A stretch of 55,579 nucleotides of DNA, taken from positions 1-55,579 of IMG/VR virus record IMGVR_UViG_3300035523_000006; one strand, given 5' to 3'. This document shows, piece after piece, positions 36,198 to 46,246 of the stretch (within the stretch, counting starts at the first letter, position 1; every line of letters begins with the position of its first letter). The notes below the pieces were generated by a model that saw only the letters and a list, made by a program, of their open reading frames with translations, had not been told where the DNA came from and did not search any database. This DNA comes from a virus. Lineage: Duplodnaviria; Caudoviricetes. The translations under genes were made by a program, and so were the position numbers.

Positions 36198-37744
36198 TTC
36201 GCCCCAAACAGCGGATTGGCGTTAGCCCACGCCGACAGTTGATCGAAGAATCCGCTATCGAGCCGCCCGTACTTCTTTTCGTAGTTGGTGGCGAACTGCG
36301 CGACCTGCTGGTTTCGCTTCTGGAGCGAAATGTACGAGTCGATCATGATTTTTCGCCCCTGAGAGGTCTGGTTCGCGTTCGGGACCATGCCGGTCAAGAA
36401 TTCGCGGTCCTTGTCCGACAGCGCGCCAGGCATCCCCGCGCCGCCGGCAGGGCTGCGCAGTTGCAGCGCCATCTCGTTGCCGAGCGCGGCGGCGGCTTCC
36501 TTGTTCGGCAGGTTCTTGTCGATCTTCAGTCCGATAGAGTTCGCGGCGCTGGCGATGTTGGTGCCTGTCTGCGTGAGCTTGCCGCCATCCACATCGGCGA
36601 GTAGGCTCCCGAGCTGTTGGTACTTGGCAATGTTCACCGGAGCCGTCTGCCCTGCCGTCAGGATGTTCTTTCGCGTCTCCACCATGTCTTTCGCTGCGCC
36701 CTCGGCATACGCCTTGTCGGCTGCGGCTGCGTTCTGCTGCCCAGTGGACATGCCGTAGCCCTGTGCAGGCGTCGGAGCACCGCCGGAAGCGCCTTGCTGC
36801 GCCTTGAGTGCGGCCATCGCGTTCGCGCGTTCCTGCGGGTCTTTGATGTCGTTGACCGCCGCAATCAGCGCAGGGTCGGATAGGTCATAGTTGCCGGTGA
36901 CGCCAGGTTGCGCGGCAACTGGACGCGCCGGAGCCCGAGTAACCGGAGGGGCGAACGCGGGAGCCGCAGGAGTAGCGGGCGCCGCAGTCGGAGCGCCGAG
37001 CTTGCCGCCGAGGCCGTACCGTGCGAGAACGCTTTGCAGGGGCTGGTTTTCTTCAATGCTGGCGAACGGAAACTCTCTCCCGTTGTCTCCCTTGCGCAGG
37101 TTGACCGTCCCGATAGACGTGGCAAACGTCTTCGCAAGCTCTCCCGGCAGCGAAGCCTCCAACTGCGCCTGACCGAAGTTCGGGATCACGGCTGCGTTGC
37201 CGCTCGCGTCCATCGTCAGTCCGCTCTTTAGGTCCGGCGTGTACGAGCGCCGCCCTTGCAGGTCTTCGTAGAAGGTGCCGGGTTTGCGTTCGATGCCAGT
37301 ACGCGCGAACTCGTATGCTTTCGTGAGGTCTGGACCGCCCGCGAGGTGATAGCCGACGATGGAGTTGAAGTCGGCGTTTTCGATGCCGCCACGACGCGGG
37401 GCGATGTCGGGCTGACCGGCAGGCGGCTGCACGATTCCGAACGAGCCGCTACCAAGTTGCCCCGGCTGCGGTTGCGACTGACCGCCGATCAGACGCTGCC
37501 CCATTGCCATCAAGTCCTGCTGCTTCTTGATTGCGGCCGCGCGTTGCTCGACTTCGCTGTTGAAGTTCGCAATCTGCGCCTTCATCAGGTCCGTCTTCAT
37601 GCGGCGGTCTGGCGCCTCGCTCAGGTACGTGTTCGCTGCGAGCAGCCCTTGCGGCATGTTGCCGGCAGCCATACTCGCGCCGAGCAGCCCGAGGGCCGCA
37701 GCGGCGTCGTCGTTCGGGAAGATTGCGCTCAGGAGATTTGCCAT
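36194..37744 (-). CDS. DNA ejection protein (gp20-like position)
   Basis: Ala/Gly/Gln-rich; G.LSD.D..FL C-terminal motif. Confidence 0.65.
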   Translation of the reverse strand: MANLLSAIFPNDDAAAALGLLGASMAAGNMPQGLLAANTYLSEAPDRRMKTDLMKAQIANFNSEVEQRAAAIKKQQDLMAMGQRLIGGQSQPQPGQLGSGSFGIVQPPAGQPDIAPRRGGIENADFNSIVGYHLAGGPDLTKAYEFARTGIERKPGTFYEDLQGRRSYTPDLKSGLTMDASGNAAVIPNFGQAQLEASLPGELAKTFATSIGTVNLRKGDNGREFPFASIEENQPLQSVLARYGLGGKLGAPTAAPATPAAPAFAPPVTRAPARPVAAQPGVTGNYDLSDPALIAAVNDIKDPQERANAMAALKAQQGASGGAPTPAQGYGMSTGQQNAAAADKAYAEGAAKDMVETRKNILTAGQTAPVNIAKYQQLGSLLADVDGGKLTQTGTNIASAANSIGLKIDKNLPNKEAAAALGNEMALQLRSPAGGAGMPGALSDKDREFLTGMVPNANQTSQGRKIMIDSYISLQKRNQQVAQFATNYEKKYGRLDSGFFDQLSAWANANPLFGAK

Positions 37745-37747
37745 GTT

Positions 37748-39706
37748 TTAACCCCACCATCCAAGGCGGCTACCGAGCGCGCCCCAGCCAAGCGCGCCGC
37801 CGATAGCGCCAGTAGCGCCGCCGCCTTGCTGAGAGCCGCCGGTAGTGGTGCCGAACCCGGTGAACGGCTGATACGTGCCAGCCGCGCTGTTCAGCGGGCC
37901 CCATGCGCCTTGCTGCCCCATCTGGTACAGGTTCGCGCCAAGAGCCGCGCCTGATTGGTCCTGTCCGCGCTGCTGGGTGTAGAAGTTCATTTGTTGGCCC
38001 TGGTTGGTCAGCGCTTGACTGCCCCGCCCGAGGTCATAGTTCTGATTGAGCCCGAGTCGCTGATTCGCCAACCCGCCTAGGCCGATGCCGTAATTGAGCA
38101 TCTGCCCCTGGTTGCCCAGATATGCGTTCGTGTCGGTGTTGTATTGATTGAGTCCCCTGTTCTGCTGGCCCTCGAAAGCACCGCCGTACAGGTTCCCGAG
38201 ATTGCCTTGCAGCGAGTCCATCGCACGACCGATTGCCACGCCTTGCGCGACCCCCTGGCGCGTCCCGCCGAGCCCGCCAGTGCCGATGGAGTTGCTGCGG
38301 ATCTGGTTGAATGCGTCGTTCAGGCCGAGTTGCGTCTGCCGCTGCATGTTGCCGGCCATCTGGTCAAGGTGCGGGTTGCTCTGAGTGCCGAAATACCCGT
38401 ATCCGCCAGCAGGACCGAAGGCGCCGCCGCCGATCCCGCCCATCTGACCAGACGGCGAATCAAGACGACCGCTCGGCTGGTTCACGACCGAGGGTGGCAG
38501 CATTCCGCCGCCAGACAATCCGTAATCGTTGCCAAAGCCGGGCGAAACCGACGAGCCTCCGGGCGTACCCGTGAACGGAAACGGCGTGGCGCTCGGAGAC
38601 AAGCCCCGCGCTGTGCCGCCGCCGTAGACCGCGCCGGGCGTGCCGGTGCTGCCGGCCGGACCCATGGGAAAACCGTCGCCGCCAAAGCCAGAAGTCTCAC
38701 GCGGGTCGATCAAGCTGCTTCCGCTGGGCATACTGCCGCCGCCTGTGCCCTCTGGGTTTCCGGCAAGCAATCCGCTGCCGCTCATTCCGGCGGGGGCGGC
38801 AGGCGTTCCAGTGGTGCCTGCAGGCTGACCAAGCAGTCCGCTGCCAATCGTCGGCGTGGTCGCAGCGTCATACCGCTGCTGGATGTAGTTCGGGTCCGCG
38901 CCGATAGCGCCGGCCATCTGCTGCGGCGTCACGCCGTATTGACTCATCGCCTGTGCGATTTGCGGGTCGGTGACGCCTGGATGCGAAGCCAGCCAGCCGG
39001 TGATGTCAGAGTTACTCACCTGACCAGAAGCCGGAACGCCAGTTGTGCCCAACGTCGGCTGGATCTGAATCGCTGGCGCAGGAGCCGGCGCGGAATACGT
39101 TGTGCTAACTGGCGCAGGCGGCGTAACGCTAGTCAGCGCAGGCGCGTCTTGCGTGAAGTACGGCGAATGCGAAGTACCGTTGAGCGCCATCTGCCCGAGC
39201 GCAGAGCGTTGCTCGAACTGATCTTTCGTGACCGGATTGGTGTTGATCTGCCCCGTGTTGTAGAAGCCGGTTGCCTGGTCAACGCTGCCCGTGTTCGTCG
39301 CCGAGACGATGTTAGGCATGTACTGCTGCGAGTAGTTATTGAGTTTGTTGGCGTCCCATCCCGTGACCGCCTGAATCTGTGAGTCATTCAACCCACGCGC
39401 CCGCAGCGCACCAATAATGCCGGTCGTGCGCAGTGCGTCGCTGTCGTCCAGCGTGCCGTTGTTGAACGCGGATTGCTGCTTTTGCAAGCCGGTGTTGCGG
39501 TCGAGCACCGTGCCGAACTGCGAATCGACGAAGTTGCGGTTGTTCGCGATGTCGAAGCGGTTCTGCACAGCCGCCGGGTCAAGCCCCGTCACCTGCGCTA
39601 GTTGTTGCGGGCTCACCCCGTACTGACTCATCGCCTGTGCGATTTGGCCGTCCGACGCTCCCGGGTTTGCCGACAGCCATTGAAGGATTTCTTGATTCGT
39701 TGCCAC
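37748..39706 (-). CDS. Gly/Gln-rich ejection/pilot protein with a duplicated domain
   Basis: Low-complexity G/Q/N body; two copies of WL...PG..D.QIAQAMSQYGV.PQQ.A. Confidence 0.65.
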   Translation of the reverse strand: MATNQEILQWLSANPGASDGQIAQAMSQYGVSPQQLAQVTGLDPAAVQNRFDIANNRNFVDSQFGTVLDRNTGLQKQQSAFNNGTLDDSDALRTTGIIGALRARGLNDSQIQAVTGWDANKLNNYSQQYMPNIVSATNTGSVDQATGFYNTGQINTNPVTKDQFEQRSALGQMALNGTSHSPYFTQDAPALTSVTPPAPVSTTYSAPAPAPAIQIQPTLGTTGVPASGQVSNSDITGWLASHPGVTDPQIAQAMSQYGVTPQQMAGAIGADPNYIQQRYDAATTPTIGSGLLGQPAGTTGTPAAPAGMSGSGLLAGNPEGTGGGSMPSGSSLIDPRETSGFGGDGFPMGPAGSTGTPGAVYGGGTARGLSPSATPFPFTGTPGGSSVSPGFGNDYGLSGGGMLPPSVVNQPSGRLDSPSGQMGGIGGGAFGPAGGYGYFGTQSNPHLDQMAGNMQRQTQLGLNDAFNQIRSNSIGTGGLGGTRQGVAQGVAIGRAMDSLQGNLGNLYGGAFEGQQNRGLNQYNTDTNAYLGNQGQMLNYGIGLGGLANQRLGLNQNYDLGRGSQALTNQGQQMNFYTQQRGQDQSGAALGANLYQMGQQGAWGPLNSAAGTYQPFTGFGTTTGGSQQGGGATGAIGGALGWGALGSRLGWWG

Positions 39707-39718
39707 GTTGGACGCTCC

Positions 39719-39748
39719 AAAAGAAAAAGGCCGCCGAAGCAGCCCTTT
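39719..39748 (-). terminator. intrinsic terminator
   Basis: GGCTGC-TTCG-GCGGCC followed by TTTTCTTTT. Confidence 0.75.
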
Positions 39749-39768
39749 GGATGTGTTGTGGTGGAGTC

Positions 39769-40695
39769 TTAGCGACCAGGGAAGAAGCGCGAGAAGCCGT
39801 TACCCGCCACCGGATGGGTCAGCAGCCCAAGGCCGGTGTTCTGGATCTGCTTCCAGCCTTGTTGCGCCTCTGGGCTCATCTGCTGCGCGAGCAGGCCCTG
39901 AACGCGAGGCGCGAGGTCGCCGTAAAAGAGCGCGTCCATGCGCGGGTCCATGCTCTTGGTGACGTTCTCGTCTTTCTTGACGCCTTGCGAGCCAGCCAGA
40001 GCGCCGAGCGCAGTTGCGCCGAGCCCGAGGTATGGCGCGAGCGCTGATCCAGCGCCGAGCGTTGCCATCTCACCGGGCATAGACGCCAGCGCGGGCATCC
40101 CCGCTGTGCTCAGCGTGCCCATCGTCCCGAGCGTTCCAGCACCGCCAGCCGCCCCGCCATTCATCACGGCGCTGTTCAGTGCGCCGCCGTCGAACGAGTT
40201 GCCGAGCGCCGCGCCTGCCGCACCTTCGGCGCCACCCGCACCGCCGACGCCGTTCATGACCGTGCTATTGAGGATGCCGCCGTCAAAGGAGTTGCCAGCC
40301 GCACCGGCAGCGCCCGCACCCATCGAGCCGAGCACCGCAGGCGCCATCCCCGCCGCAACCAGCGCAAACGGCAGGTACGGGTTCGCATACGCGGGCGAGG
40401 ACATGTCCCACGTCCCCGAGCCGGTGTTGTTGCCCTGCGTGTCGTACAGATCGACAGCGGTGTTGCGGTTGCCAGCCTGCCCGTCAGCCGTGCGATACCC
40501 AGCAAGCCCGCTGTATTGGCTGTTGCCGCTGCCGCTTTCCGCACCGGAACCGTCACCAGCGAACTGATACCGCGGCACGTAGTTGTAGCCGTCTCTCTGC
40601 GCCAGGGCATCGGTCGGGTTGATGTGGCCCAACATCGATTGCTGCCATATGCGCTGCAGTTCCGCGAGTTGATCCGCCGTCAAATTGTTTGCCAT
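39769..40695 (-). CDS. Gly/Ala-rich ejection protein (gp7-like position)
   Basis: Gly-zipper hydrophobic segments; GNSFDGG.LNS.VMNG x2. Confidence 0.6.
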   Translation of the reverse strand: MANNLTADQLAELQRIWQQSMLGHINPTDALAQRDGYNYVPRYQFAGDGSGAESGSGNSQYSGLAGYRTADGQAGNRNTAVDLYDTQGNNTGSGTWDMSSPAYANPYLPFALVAAGMAPAVLGSMGAGAAGAAGNSFDGGILNSTVMNGVGGAGGAEGAAGAALGNSFDGGALNSAVMNGGAAGGAGTLGTMGTLSTAGMPALASMPGEMATLGAGSALAPYLGLGATALGALAGSQGVKKDENVTKSMDPRMDALFYGDLAPRVQGLLAQQMSPEAQQGWKQIQNTGLGLLTHPVAGNGFSRFFPGR

Positions 40696-40704
40696 GAGGC
40701 CCCC

Positions 40705-41007
40705 TTAAGCTGCTGTCGTGACAGCCGCCCACGTTGTGGCGCCGTCCGTGTTGATGTAAGCCCGCGTGCTGGTGCTAGAACCGTCCGAGCGCAGGTAGAG
40801 AGAGCCCTTGCCCGCTGAAAACGTAGGTGCGCCAGTGCCAAAGAAGATTCCAATCAGCGCCTTGTCCGGCGCCGCCTTCATTGCTTCCAATGTGATGTAC
40901 GGCTCTGCGCGGTTCGCAGCCGCCCTGATGGCCTGTTGAAGCCGTTGCAGGAACGTGCGCGACGGCCCGACATCTGGCGGAACATCCAGCGGAACGAACG
41001 TCCTCAT
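40705..41007 (-). CDS. small tail protein
   Basis: G.GAP...A.KGSLYLRSDG......YI motif seen in fibre domains. Confidence 0.6.
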   Translation of the reverse strand: MRTFVPLDVPPDVGPSRTFLQRLQQAIRAAANRAEPYITLEAMKAAPDKALIGIFFGTGAPTFSAGKGSLYLRSDGSSTSTRAYINTDGATTWAAVTTAA

Positions 41008-42743
41008 CGCTTGCCGCCAGACTTCACATCAAGGTCAGCGGAGCGCAATTTCAGCTTGTTCCCACCCGGGACCGCCGCCGTGACAAGCTTGAGTGCGACG
41101 AATCGGTCCTGTTTTCCCCTCAACTTCGCCATGTCGGTCGTTCCGGGCGTGTATGAGGCAGGGCCGGCGTAGGTAACGGCGCCGTCAGCCGTGTGTGAAG
41201 CTCCATGGTAGACCGAAACTCCGTTGCCGACAGAATCCTTGAAGTTCAGGCGTGACGAGTCGATATATTTCATCGTGTCGCGGTCGTCGAGATCGATGCC
41301 GACTCGCTCAAGGGTTCCCTGCACACCGGTTGACGCGGAGCTGTCCACGAGATCGATGTGAAACGAGTTGTCCACGACCACAAGGCGGCTCTGCGTGGTG
41401 ATCTGTGAAGGCCACAGGCCCTCGTTGGCAAACGAGATGCCGCCAGCGCTGCCAACCGTCGTCCCCAGATCGAAGATGCCCCACCCTTCACCAGGAGGCG
41501 CCTCCCAGTTCCACACCAGCGCCTTATCGCAGCCCTTCGTGCTCGAAGTAGTGGCGAAGCACACCCAAACCTCGGCCTTTTCCGGGTTGACGGTCAGAAA
41601 TATGCGGTCTGAGTGGCCGGAAATGTCAAAATTGGACGCGAGCCAGCGGCGAACGCAGCCCTCGGCGATGCTCTGCGCGTAGCCGCCCTGATGGATCTTG
41701 ATATCGAGGTTCTGCGTCAGGAAGACGTGACCCTTAGGCGTGTTGACCACGCACCAAGCCGCATACAGCCCGTCTTCCCCCGGAATGCGCGTGAACGAGA
41801 AAACGTCGTTTCCGCCGATGTACTGCATCGCATACATCGAGTCGCGCTTATAGACGATGTTCACGTCACCAAGCGGCAGGCAGTCGATCATCGTTCCCGG
41901 AGTTTCAGCCAGCGTCACGGAACCAGCGTCGTTCGTGTCCGATGCAGCGAAGGTCGTCGGCAGCGTTCCGGGCTCGGCCGCGTTCGACCAATACACCTCC
42001 TGATTACCGATGACAACGAGATAGTCCTTGAACGGGCGAACCGCGTTGACGCCGTTGATGATCGGGACGGCAAACGGTAACTGGGTGAGCTTTACCCCCG
42101 TGTTGCCGAGCCAATAGTAGATTCCGTCCAGCCGAGCGTGCAGGAAGAAGACGCCATTCAACGACCCTCCAGTCGGATAGGTAGCAAACCGCACGAAAGC
42201 AGCCGGGGTAGCTGCGTTGACGACGATGTACTGACCGACCGTCGTCGCGTTCGCGGCAATAGCCGTGTCAGTTGTGTACTGGAAGTGCGTCGCGTCAATG
42301 ACGGTGACGGGTTTCGAGACAACGTTGTAACCAGACTCCACCGCACCGATCCAGTGAATCGTGTCACCTGTAGCGAGGCCGTGCGCCGCTGTAGTGGCTT
42401 GCGCGGTGTTCGCCCCGATGCGGGTCAACGCGCTGACAGCAGCGGCCTGTCGGTTCGTCGGCGTGAGGGACGAGTGCACGCCTGACGAGAAGGCCGATAT
42501 GTTTTGGCGGTTCCCGTAGACGGCGCTTGCCGTGCCAGCGATAGGAGCAAACGGAAACAGGAACGCCGCGCCATCATCGGTCAGCGACGCCGCCGTGTTC
42601 TTGGAGATCACACCCTCGAACGTCTCTTCAAACCCGTTCTTGCTGCGGATGTTGAGCACGTCGGACCAGAAGCCGGCCGGCAGCTCCGATGGCAGCACGT
42701 CCTTGTTGACGCCCCTACCGAACGTGAGTCGTACATTGCTCAT
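41004..42743 (-). CDS. tail hub / packaged-DNA stabilization protein (gp10-like)
   Basis: About 580-aa beta-rich protein after the adaptor; V.WS and G.N.D..P motifs. Confidence 0.7.
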   Translation of the reverse strand: MSNVRLTFGRGVNKDVLPSELPAGFWSDVLNIRSKNGFEETFEGVISKNTAASLTDDGAAFLFPFAPIAGTASAVYGNRQNISAFSSGVHSSLTPTNRQAAAVSALTRIGANTAQATTAAHGLATGDTIHWIGAVESGYNVVSKPVTVIDATHFQYTTDTAIAANATTVGQYIVVNAATPAAFVRFATYPTGGSLNGVFFLHARLDGIYYWLGNTGVKLTQLPFAVPIINGVNAVRPFKDYLVVIGNQEVYWSNAAEPGTLPTTFAASDTNDAGSVTLAETPGTMIDCLPLGDVNIVYKRDSMYAMQYIGGNDVFSFTRIPGEDGLYAAWCVVNTPKGHVFLTQNLDIKIHQGGYAQSIAEGCVRRWLASNFDISGHSDRIFLTVNPEKAEVWVCFATTSSTKGCDKALVWNWEAPPGEGWGIFDLGTTVGSAGGISFANEGLWPSQITTQSRLVVVDNSFHIDLVDSSASTGVQGTLERVGIDLDDRDTMKYIDSSRLNFKDSVGNGVSVYHGASHTADGAVTYAGPASYTPGTTDMAKLRGKQDRFVALKLVTAAVPGGNKLKLRSADLDVKSGGKR

Positions 42744-42868
42744 CTGATCACCCAGGAGACGCAGCGAACCATTCCACTGGCAGAGACGGTGGACAGCGTG
42801 CAGAACTGCTGGTCATACGGACCAGAAGCGCAGCCGACCAAAGCAAGGCAGAGGACAAGCGCTTTCAT
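42740..42868 (-). CDS. 42-aa lipoprotein
   Basis: MKALVLCLALVGC lipobox; overlaps both neighbours; below the ORF track cutoff. Confidence 0.6.
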   Translation of the reverse strand: MKALVLCLALVGCASGPYDQQFCTLSTVSASGMVRCVSWVIR

Positions 42869-43512
42869 CATTCGCCATTGAAGATGTTGGAGCGCACGCG
42901 CGTCGAGAAGTCGGTACGAAGCGGCACGGCGCCACGAGCCCGGTTCTCTGTCGCCTTTAGCTCAGAGCACGCCTTGACGAATTTGGACTCCCACACGTTG
43001 AACAGATCAACGTCCTTCGTGTAGCGCGCAAGCTCCGAGAGAGCGCCCGACAGGTAGATGTCAGGACGGCGAGCCAGGAGGTAGTTCGTCGCGGTTGAGC
43101 CGCTGAGGTTCGACGATTTGATGTAGCGGAAGTACAGCGTGTACGCAGCCGCAGCGGGACAGTCGAATCGGATGTTGGCGCCGTCAATCGCGTAGTAGCG
43201 AGGAATTGAGTTGCTCGGGCTGTATGGAAGTTCTTCGGGCGCAGCTGGGTCGAGCATCGTGCGCACGTTTGTTCCGCTGCTGGCGACGATCCACAGCGCA
43301 ATCGGGCTGATGTAGCCGGCCGGAAGAGCGACGTAGTTCTGACCGATGACGCAGGTCAGCGGATCTTCCTGATCCATGTTCTTCAGGAGCAGCATGTCAT
43401 TCAGACGCGCTTCCGTCAGCGTCACGAAGTCAACGATCTGCGTCGTCAGGTCGGAGCGGTTGGCGAAGTCGGCAATCGCCGCCTTCAAGTTGGTATAGGT
43501 GTCGAGTGCCAT
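42868..43512 (-). CDS. head-tail adaptor protein
   Basis: TY..LKAAIADF.NRSDLT.QI.DF..L.EARLN; TNYL....PD.YL motifs. Confidence 0.8.
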   Translation of the reverse strand: MALDTYTNLKAAIADFANRSDLTTQIVDFVTLTEARLNDMLLLKNMDQEDPLTCVIGQNYVALPAGYISPIALWIVASSGTNVRTMLDPAAPEELPYSPSNSIPRYYAIDGANIRFDCPAAAAYTLYFRYIKSSNLSGSTATNYLLARRPDIYLSGALSELARYTKDVDLFNVWESKFVKACSELKATENRARGAVPLRTDFSTRVRSNIFNGE

Positions 43513-43515
43513 TTG

Positions 43516-43854
43516 CTACGCCTTACGGGGACGGCCAGGTTTGCGCTTGGGCGGTGTGCCCTCGTCGCGTGCTTCGTGCAGGCTCTCGGCACGCACGAAG
43601 CCATCGCGCTCGTAAGAGCGCGCCGTGGGCGCTTCAACGACTGGCAAGGCGACGACTTCGACGGGGACGATTGGCGCCTCCACAAAGGAGAATTCATCGC
43701 GCTTCTCTCCGCCAGTTGCACCCCCCGAGAAGTTTCCGACGACTGCGATAACTTCGCCCTCCGGCACCCACCCGTACTTGCGATGGCGCTCCAACTCGCC
43801 CGCGTCGTAAACGTGCGTAGCCCCGTGCTCGGGATGTACCATGCGAACAATCAT
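43516..43854 (-). CDS. small head-region protein
   Basis: GW motif and KRKPGRPRK tail. Confidence 0.6.
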   Translation of the reverse strand: MIVRMVHPEHGATHVYDAGELERHRKYGWVPEGEVIAVVGNFSGGATGGEKRDEFSFVEAPIVPVEVVALPVVEAPTARSYERDGFVRAESLHEARDEGTPPKRKPGRPRKA

Positions 43855-44621
43855 CTTTTCACCTCGTAAGGCTCGTCGTACAGGCCAGAGTCGCCGTTCG
43901 TCTCAATGAGCTTCTTCTTCAGCGCATCGGACACGGCGACCGTCGTCCATTCCTCGTCAGCGAGCAGCGCTGCAAGCAGCCCATCGCTCTTGTTCACGAC
44001 GTAATCAGGGAATGTGCGCATCAGAAGCGCTAGGTTCTCGGCCTGCAGCAGGAAATCTGGCGCGGTGATGAACTCGGCGCCATTCGCGCGCACGATCAGC
44101 AGTTCTTCATCCTGGTACGCACCGCTGGAAACGTGCCCGATCTCGCCAAAATCTGAATCGCACCCGAAGAACGCAACTCCGGGATAGCCCATACGCAGCG
44201 CCAACGCTGGCGCGCGTGATGCCGTCGTCACGCCACCGATAACGCCGTCCGTGGCGTGTTCGAGCATGTCGAACATCCGCACATCACGGCCCTCAAACAC
44301 TGATGGATGGCACGTAGAGGCGAGAATCGCCCGCTTTGCCTTTGACGCAAACGGCTTCGGGTCTACCGAAAACAACACTGAATCGATCCCTCTGGCCTCA
44401 AGCCAGTCGGGCATTGAATTGATGGCCCAGATGTCTCCGGGCCAGGCTCGCAACTCGTCCAGCCGCCCCAACAGCGACGGCCCGCCGCCAACAACAGCCA
44501 CAGCGTGCGGATGCACGCCCTTTTCCACCCTCGGATACGCAGAGGATGCGGCCATGTTGTCGGCCAGCCGCGTGTCTGACACATCGACATGCGGCCGGAA
44601 CGAGATGCGAAACGGCATCAA
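43851..44621 (-). CDS. MptE-like/Maf (DUF115)-type glycosyltransferase-fold protein
   Basis: VAVVGGGPSL...IWAIN...L...GI......VDP...GG.T....A..LA..MGY...FFGCDS...H motifs. Confidence 0.7.
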   Translation of the reverse strand: MMPFRISFRPHVDVSDTRLADNMAASSAYPRVEKGVHPHAVAVVGGGPSLLGRLDELRAWPGDIWAINSMPDWLEARGIDSVLFSVDPKPFASKAKRAILASTCHPSVFEGRDVRMFDMLEHATDGVIGGVTTASRAPALALRMGYPGVAFFGCDSDFGEIGHVSSGAYQDEELLIVRANGAEFITAPDFLLQAENLALLMRTFPDYVVNKSDGLLAALLADEEWTTVAVSDALKKKLIETNGDSGLYDEPYEVKR

Positions 44622-44875
44622 GAGCCCTTCAGCAGGCCCATGAGCACCAGAGAAGCACGAATGTTCTCCAGTTGCGCCGTGAAGGCAGCGAAAGCCGCCG
44701 AGGTCGTGAAGCCGAAGCCCCCGCTCAGCGCCGTCGTCAGCGTCAGCGCGGCTTGCGCCGAGCTGGTCGGCTGCGTGATCGGGGTCGCGCCCCAGAACGC
44801 CACTTTGTCAGCGGCGGCTTGGCCGAGTCGCGCGCCATCGGGGCGGCTGTCGGACAGTTCGTTGTAATCAGCCAT
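44618..44875 (-). CDS. small capsid-associated protein
   Basis: DG..LGQ...DKVAFWGATP..Q motif; immediately after the coat gene. Confidence 0.65.
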   Translation of the reverse strand: MADYNELSDSRPDGARLGQAAADKVAFWGATPITQPTSSAQAALTLTTALSGGFGFTTSAAFAAFTAQLENIRASLVLMGLLKGS

Positions 44876-44903
44876 GTTATTGGCTCCTTTGTCGAAATGA
44901 TGG

Positions 44904-44935
44904 GAAGAAAAGGGAAAGGGGGCCGAAGCCCCTTG
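44904..44935 (-). terminator. intrinsic terminator after the coat gene
   Basis: GGGGC-TTCG-GCCCC followed by a pyrimidine tract. Confidence 0.7.
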
Positions 44936-44951
44936 GTGGCGAGCGCTAGGC

Positions 44952-46196
44952 TCAGTTCGTCAGACGAGTGGCCCACGCCGGGCGGAACGTCTTGAAGCCG
45001 TAGATAACGTCGAGACGGACCAGCAGTTCGTCGTTGCGGATGTCCGAGGCCATCCACACGCGCATGGACAGGCCGTCCAACTTGCGCACCACGCACTTGG
45101 CGGCGTCGTCCATGATCGGCAGGTCGGCCGTCACGAACGCGAACGCGTCGCGGTGGTACATCAGGTTCTGGCGGTACGCCGTGGAGGCGGAACCGACTGC
45201 CGTCAGCGTCTGCGAGTTGAAGTCGGTCGTCGCCAGTTGCGCGCCGGCAGCGCTGCAGACGTTCTGCTTGGCGCCGGTGAGGTACGTCGCCGGGCTGATC
45301 GTCATGTCGCCGCCAGAACCCGTGCCGGCGGTGTTCGTGAACTGCTGCAGGTAGCCCAGCGACTGCTTCGTTTCCGGGTGGCAGGCGTAGACACCAGCGA
45401 TGGTGAACACCTGGCCGACCGTGTACGTCACAGGCGATGCGGTGTCAGCCGACAGGGTAGTGCCGCCATCCGTCACGCCGGCCGCCGCGTCGGTCGTGCC
45501 GGTCACGTCCGAGCCGTTGGTCATCGTCCAGCAGCGCTCGTTCTCGTAGAAGTCGGCCATCGCCGAACGGCCGTAGAAGCCCTCGGTGAACGCCTTCTTG
45601 ACTTGCGAGTCCGGGTAGAACAGCGCCTTGTTGGCGTTCACGATGTTCGCCATCGTGATTGAGTCCAACTGAATCGAGCGGTTGGCATCCTTCGGGGCCA
45701 GACCCTGATTCAGACGAGCGCGAGCTAGGCCGAGCGCCGTGGTATCACCAGACGTGCCAATGGCGGTGCCGGCGGTGCCGACGAGGTTGTACGTCTCCTT
45801 GGTCGCCGTGGTTAGGCAGTCGCCGTCGATGCCCGACACCAGAACCGACATGGCCGGCTCGATGTAGCGCTTCGAGAACGAAGCCACTTGGCTGGGGTCG
45901 TCCGTGTTCAGGAGCAACTCGGCGCTGTTGAACTTCATGTCCACGCCGTCTTGCGTGGCGAGGGTCACCGTCTGGGTGCTTTCCGCTTGGTCTTGCACGT
46001 CCATGACGCGCGAGCCCTGACGGCGGATGTATTGGTTCGGCTCGCGAACCCGCAGCGTCGATCCGACCTTTTCGCCGGCCTTGCCGAACGAATCGTCGAA
46101 CTGACGGTTGATGCTGGAGATGAAGGTCGCCTTCTCGTGTGCGATGGCGAGCCCTTCCTTGGCGATCATGTCGATCACCTTGAACGTGTTGCTCAT
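44952..46196 (-). CDS. major capsid protein (P22 gp5-like)
   Basis: K.G.TLRVR.P, FS.RYI.PAM..L, NL.YHRDAFAFVTADL, R.DV.YG....RP.WA.R. Confidence 0.9.
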   Translation of the reverse strand: MSNTFKVIDMIAKEGLAIAHEKATFISSINRQFDDSFGKAGEKVGSTLRVREPNQYIRRQGSRVMDVQDQAESTQTVTLATQDGVDMKFNSAELLLNTDDPSQVASFSKRYIEPAMSVLVSGIDGDCLTTATKETYNLVGTAGTAIGTSGDTTALGLARARLNQGLAPKDANRSIQLDSITMANIVNANKALFYPDSQVKKAFTEGFYGRSAMADFYENERCWTMTNGSDVTGTTDAAAGVTDGGTTLSADTASPVTYTVGQVFTIAGVYACHPETKQSLGYLQQFTNTAGTGSGGDMTISPATYLTGAKQNVCSAAGAQLATTDFNSQTLTAVGSASTAYRQNLMYHRDAFAFVTADLPIMDDAAKCVVRKLDGLSMRVWMASDIRNDELLVRLDVIYGFKTFRPAWATRLTN

Positions 46197-46246
46197 TGGG
46201 GAACCTTTCAGCGCCTCTCGGCGTTAGAAATTGCTGACAGTGCGTG

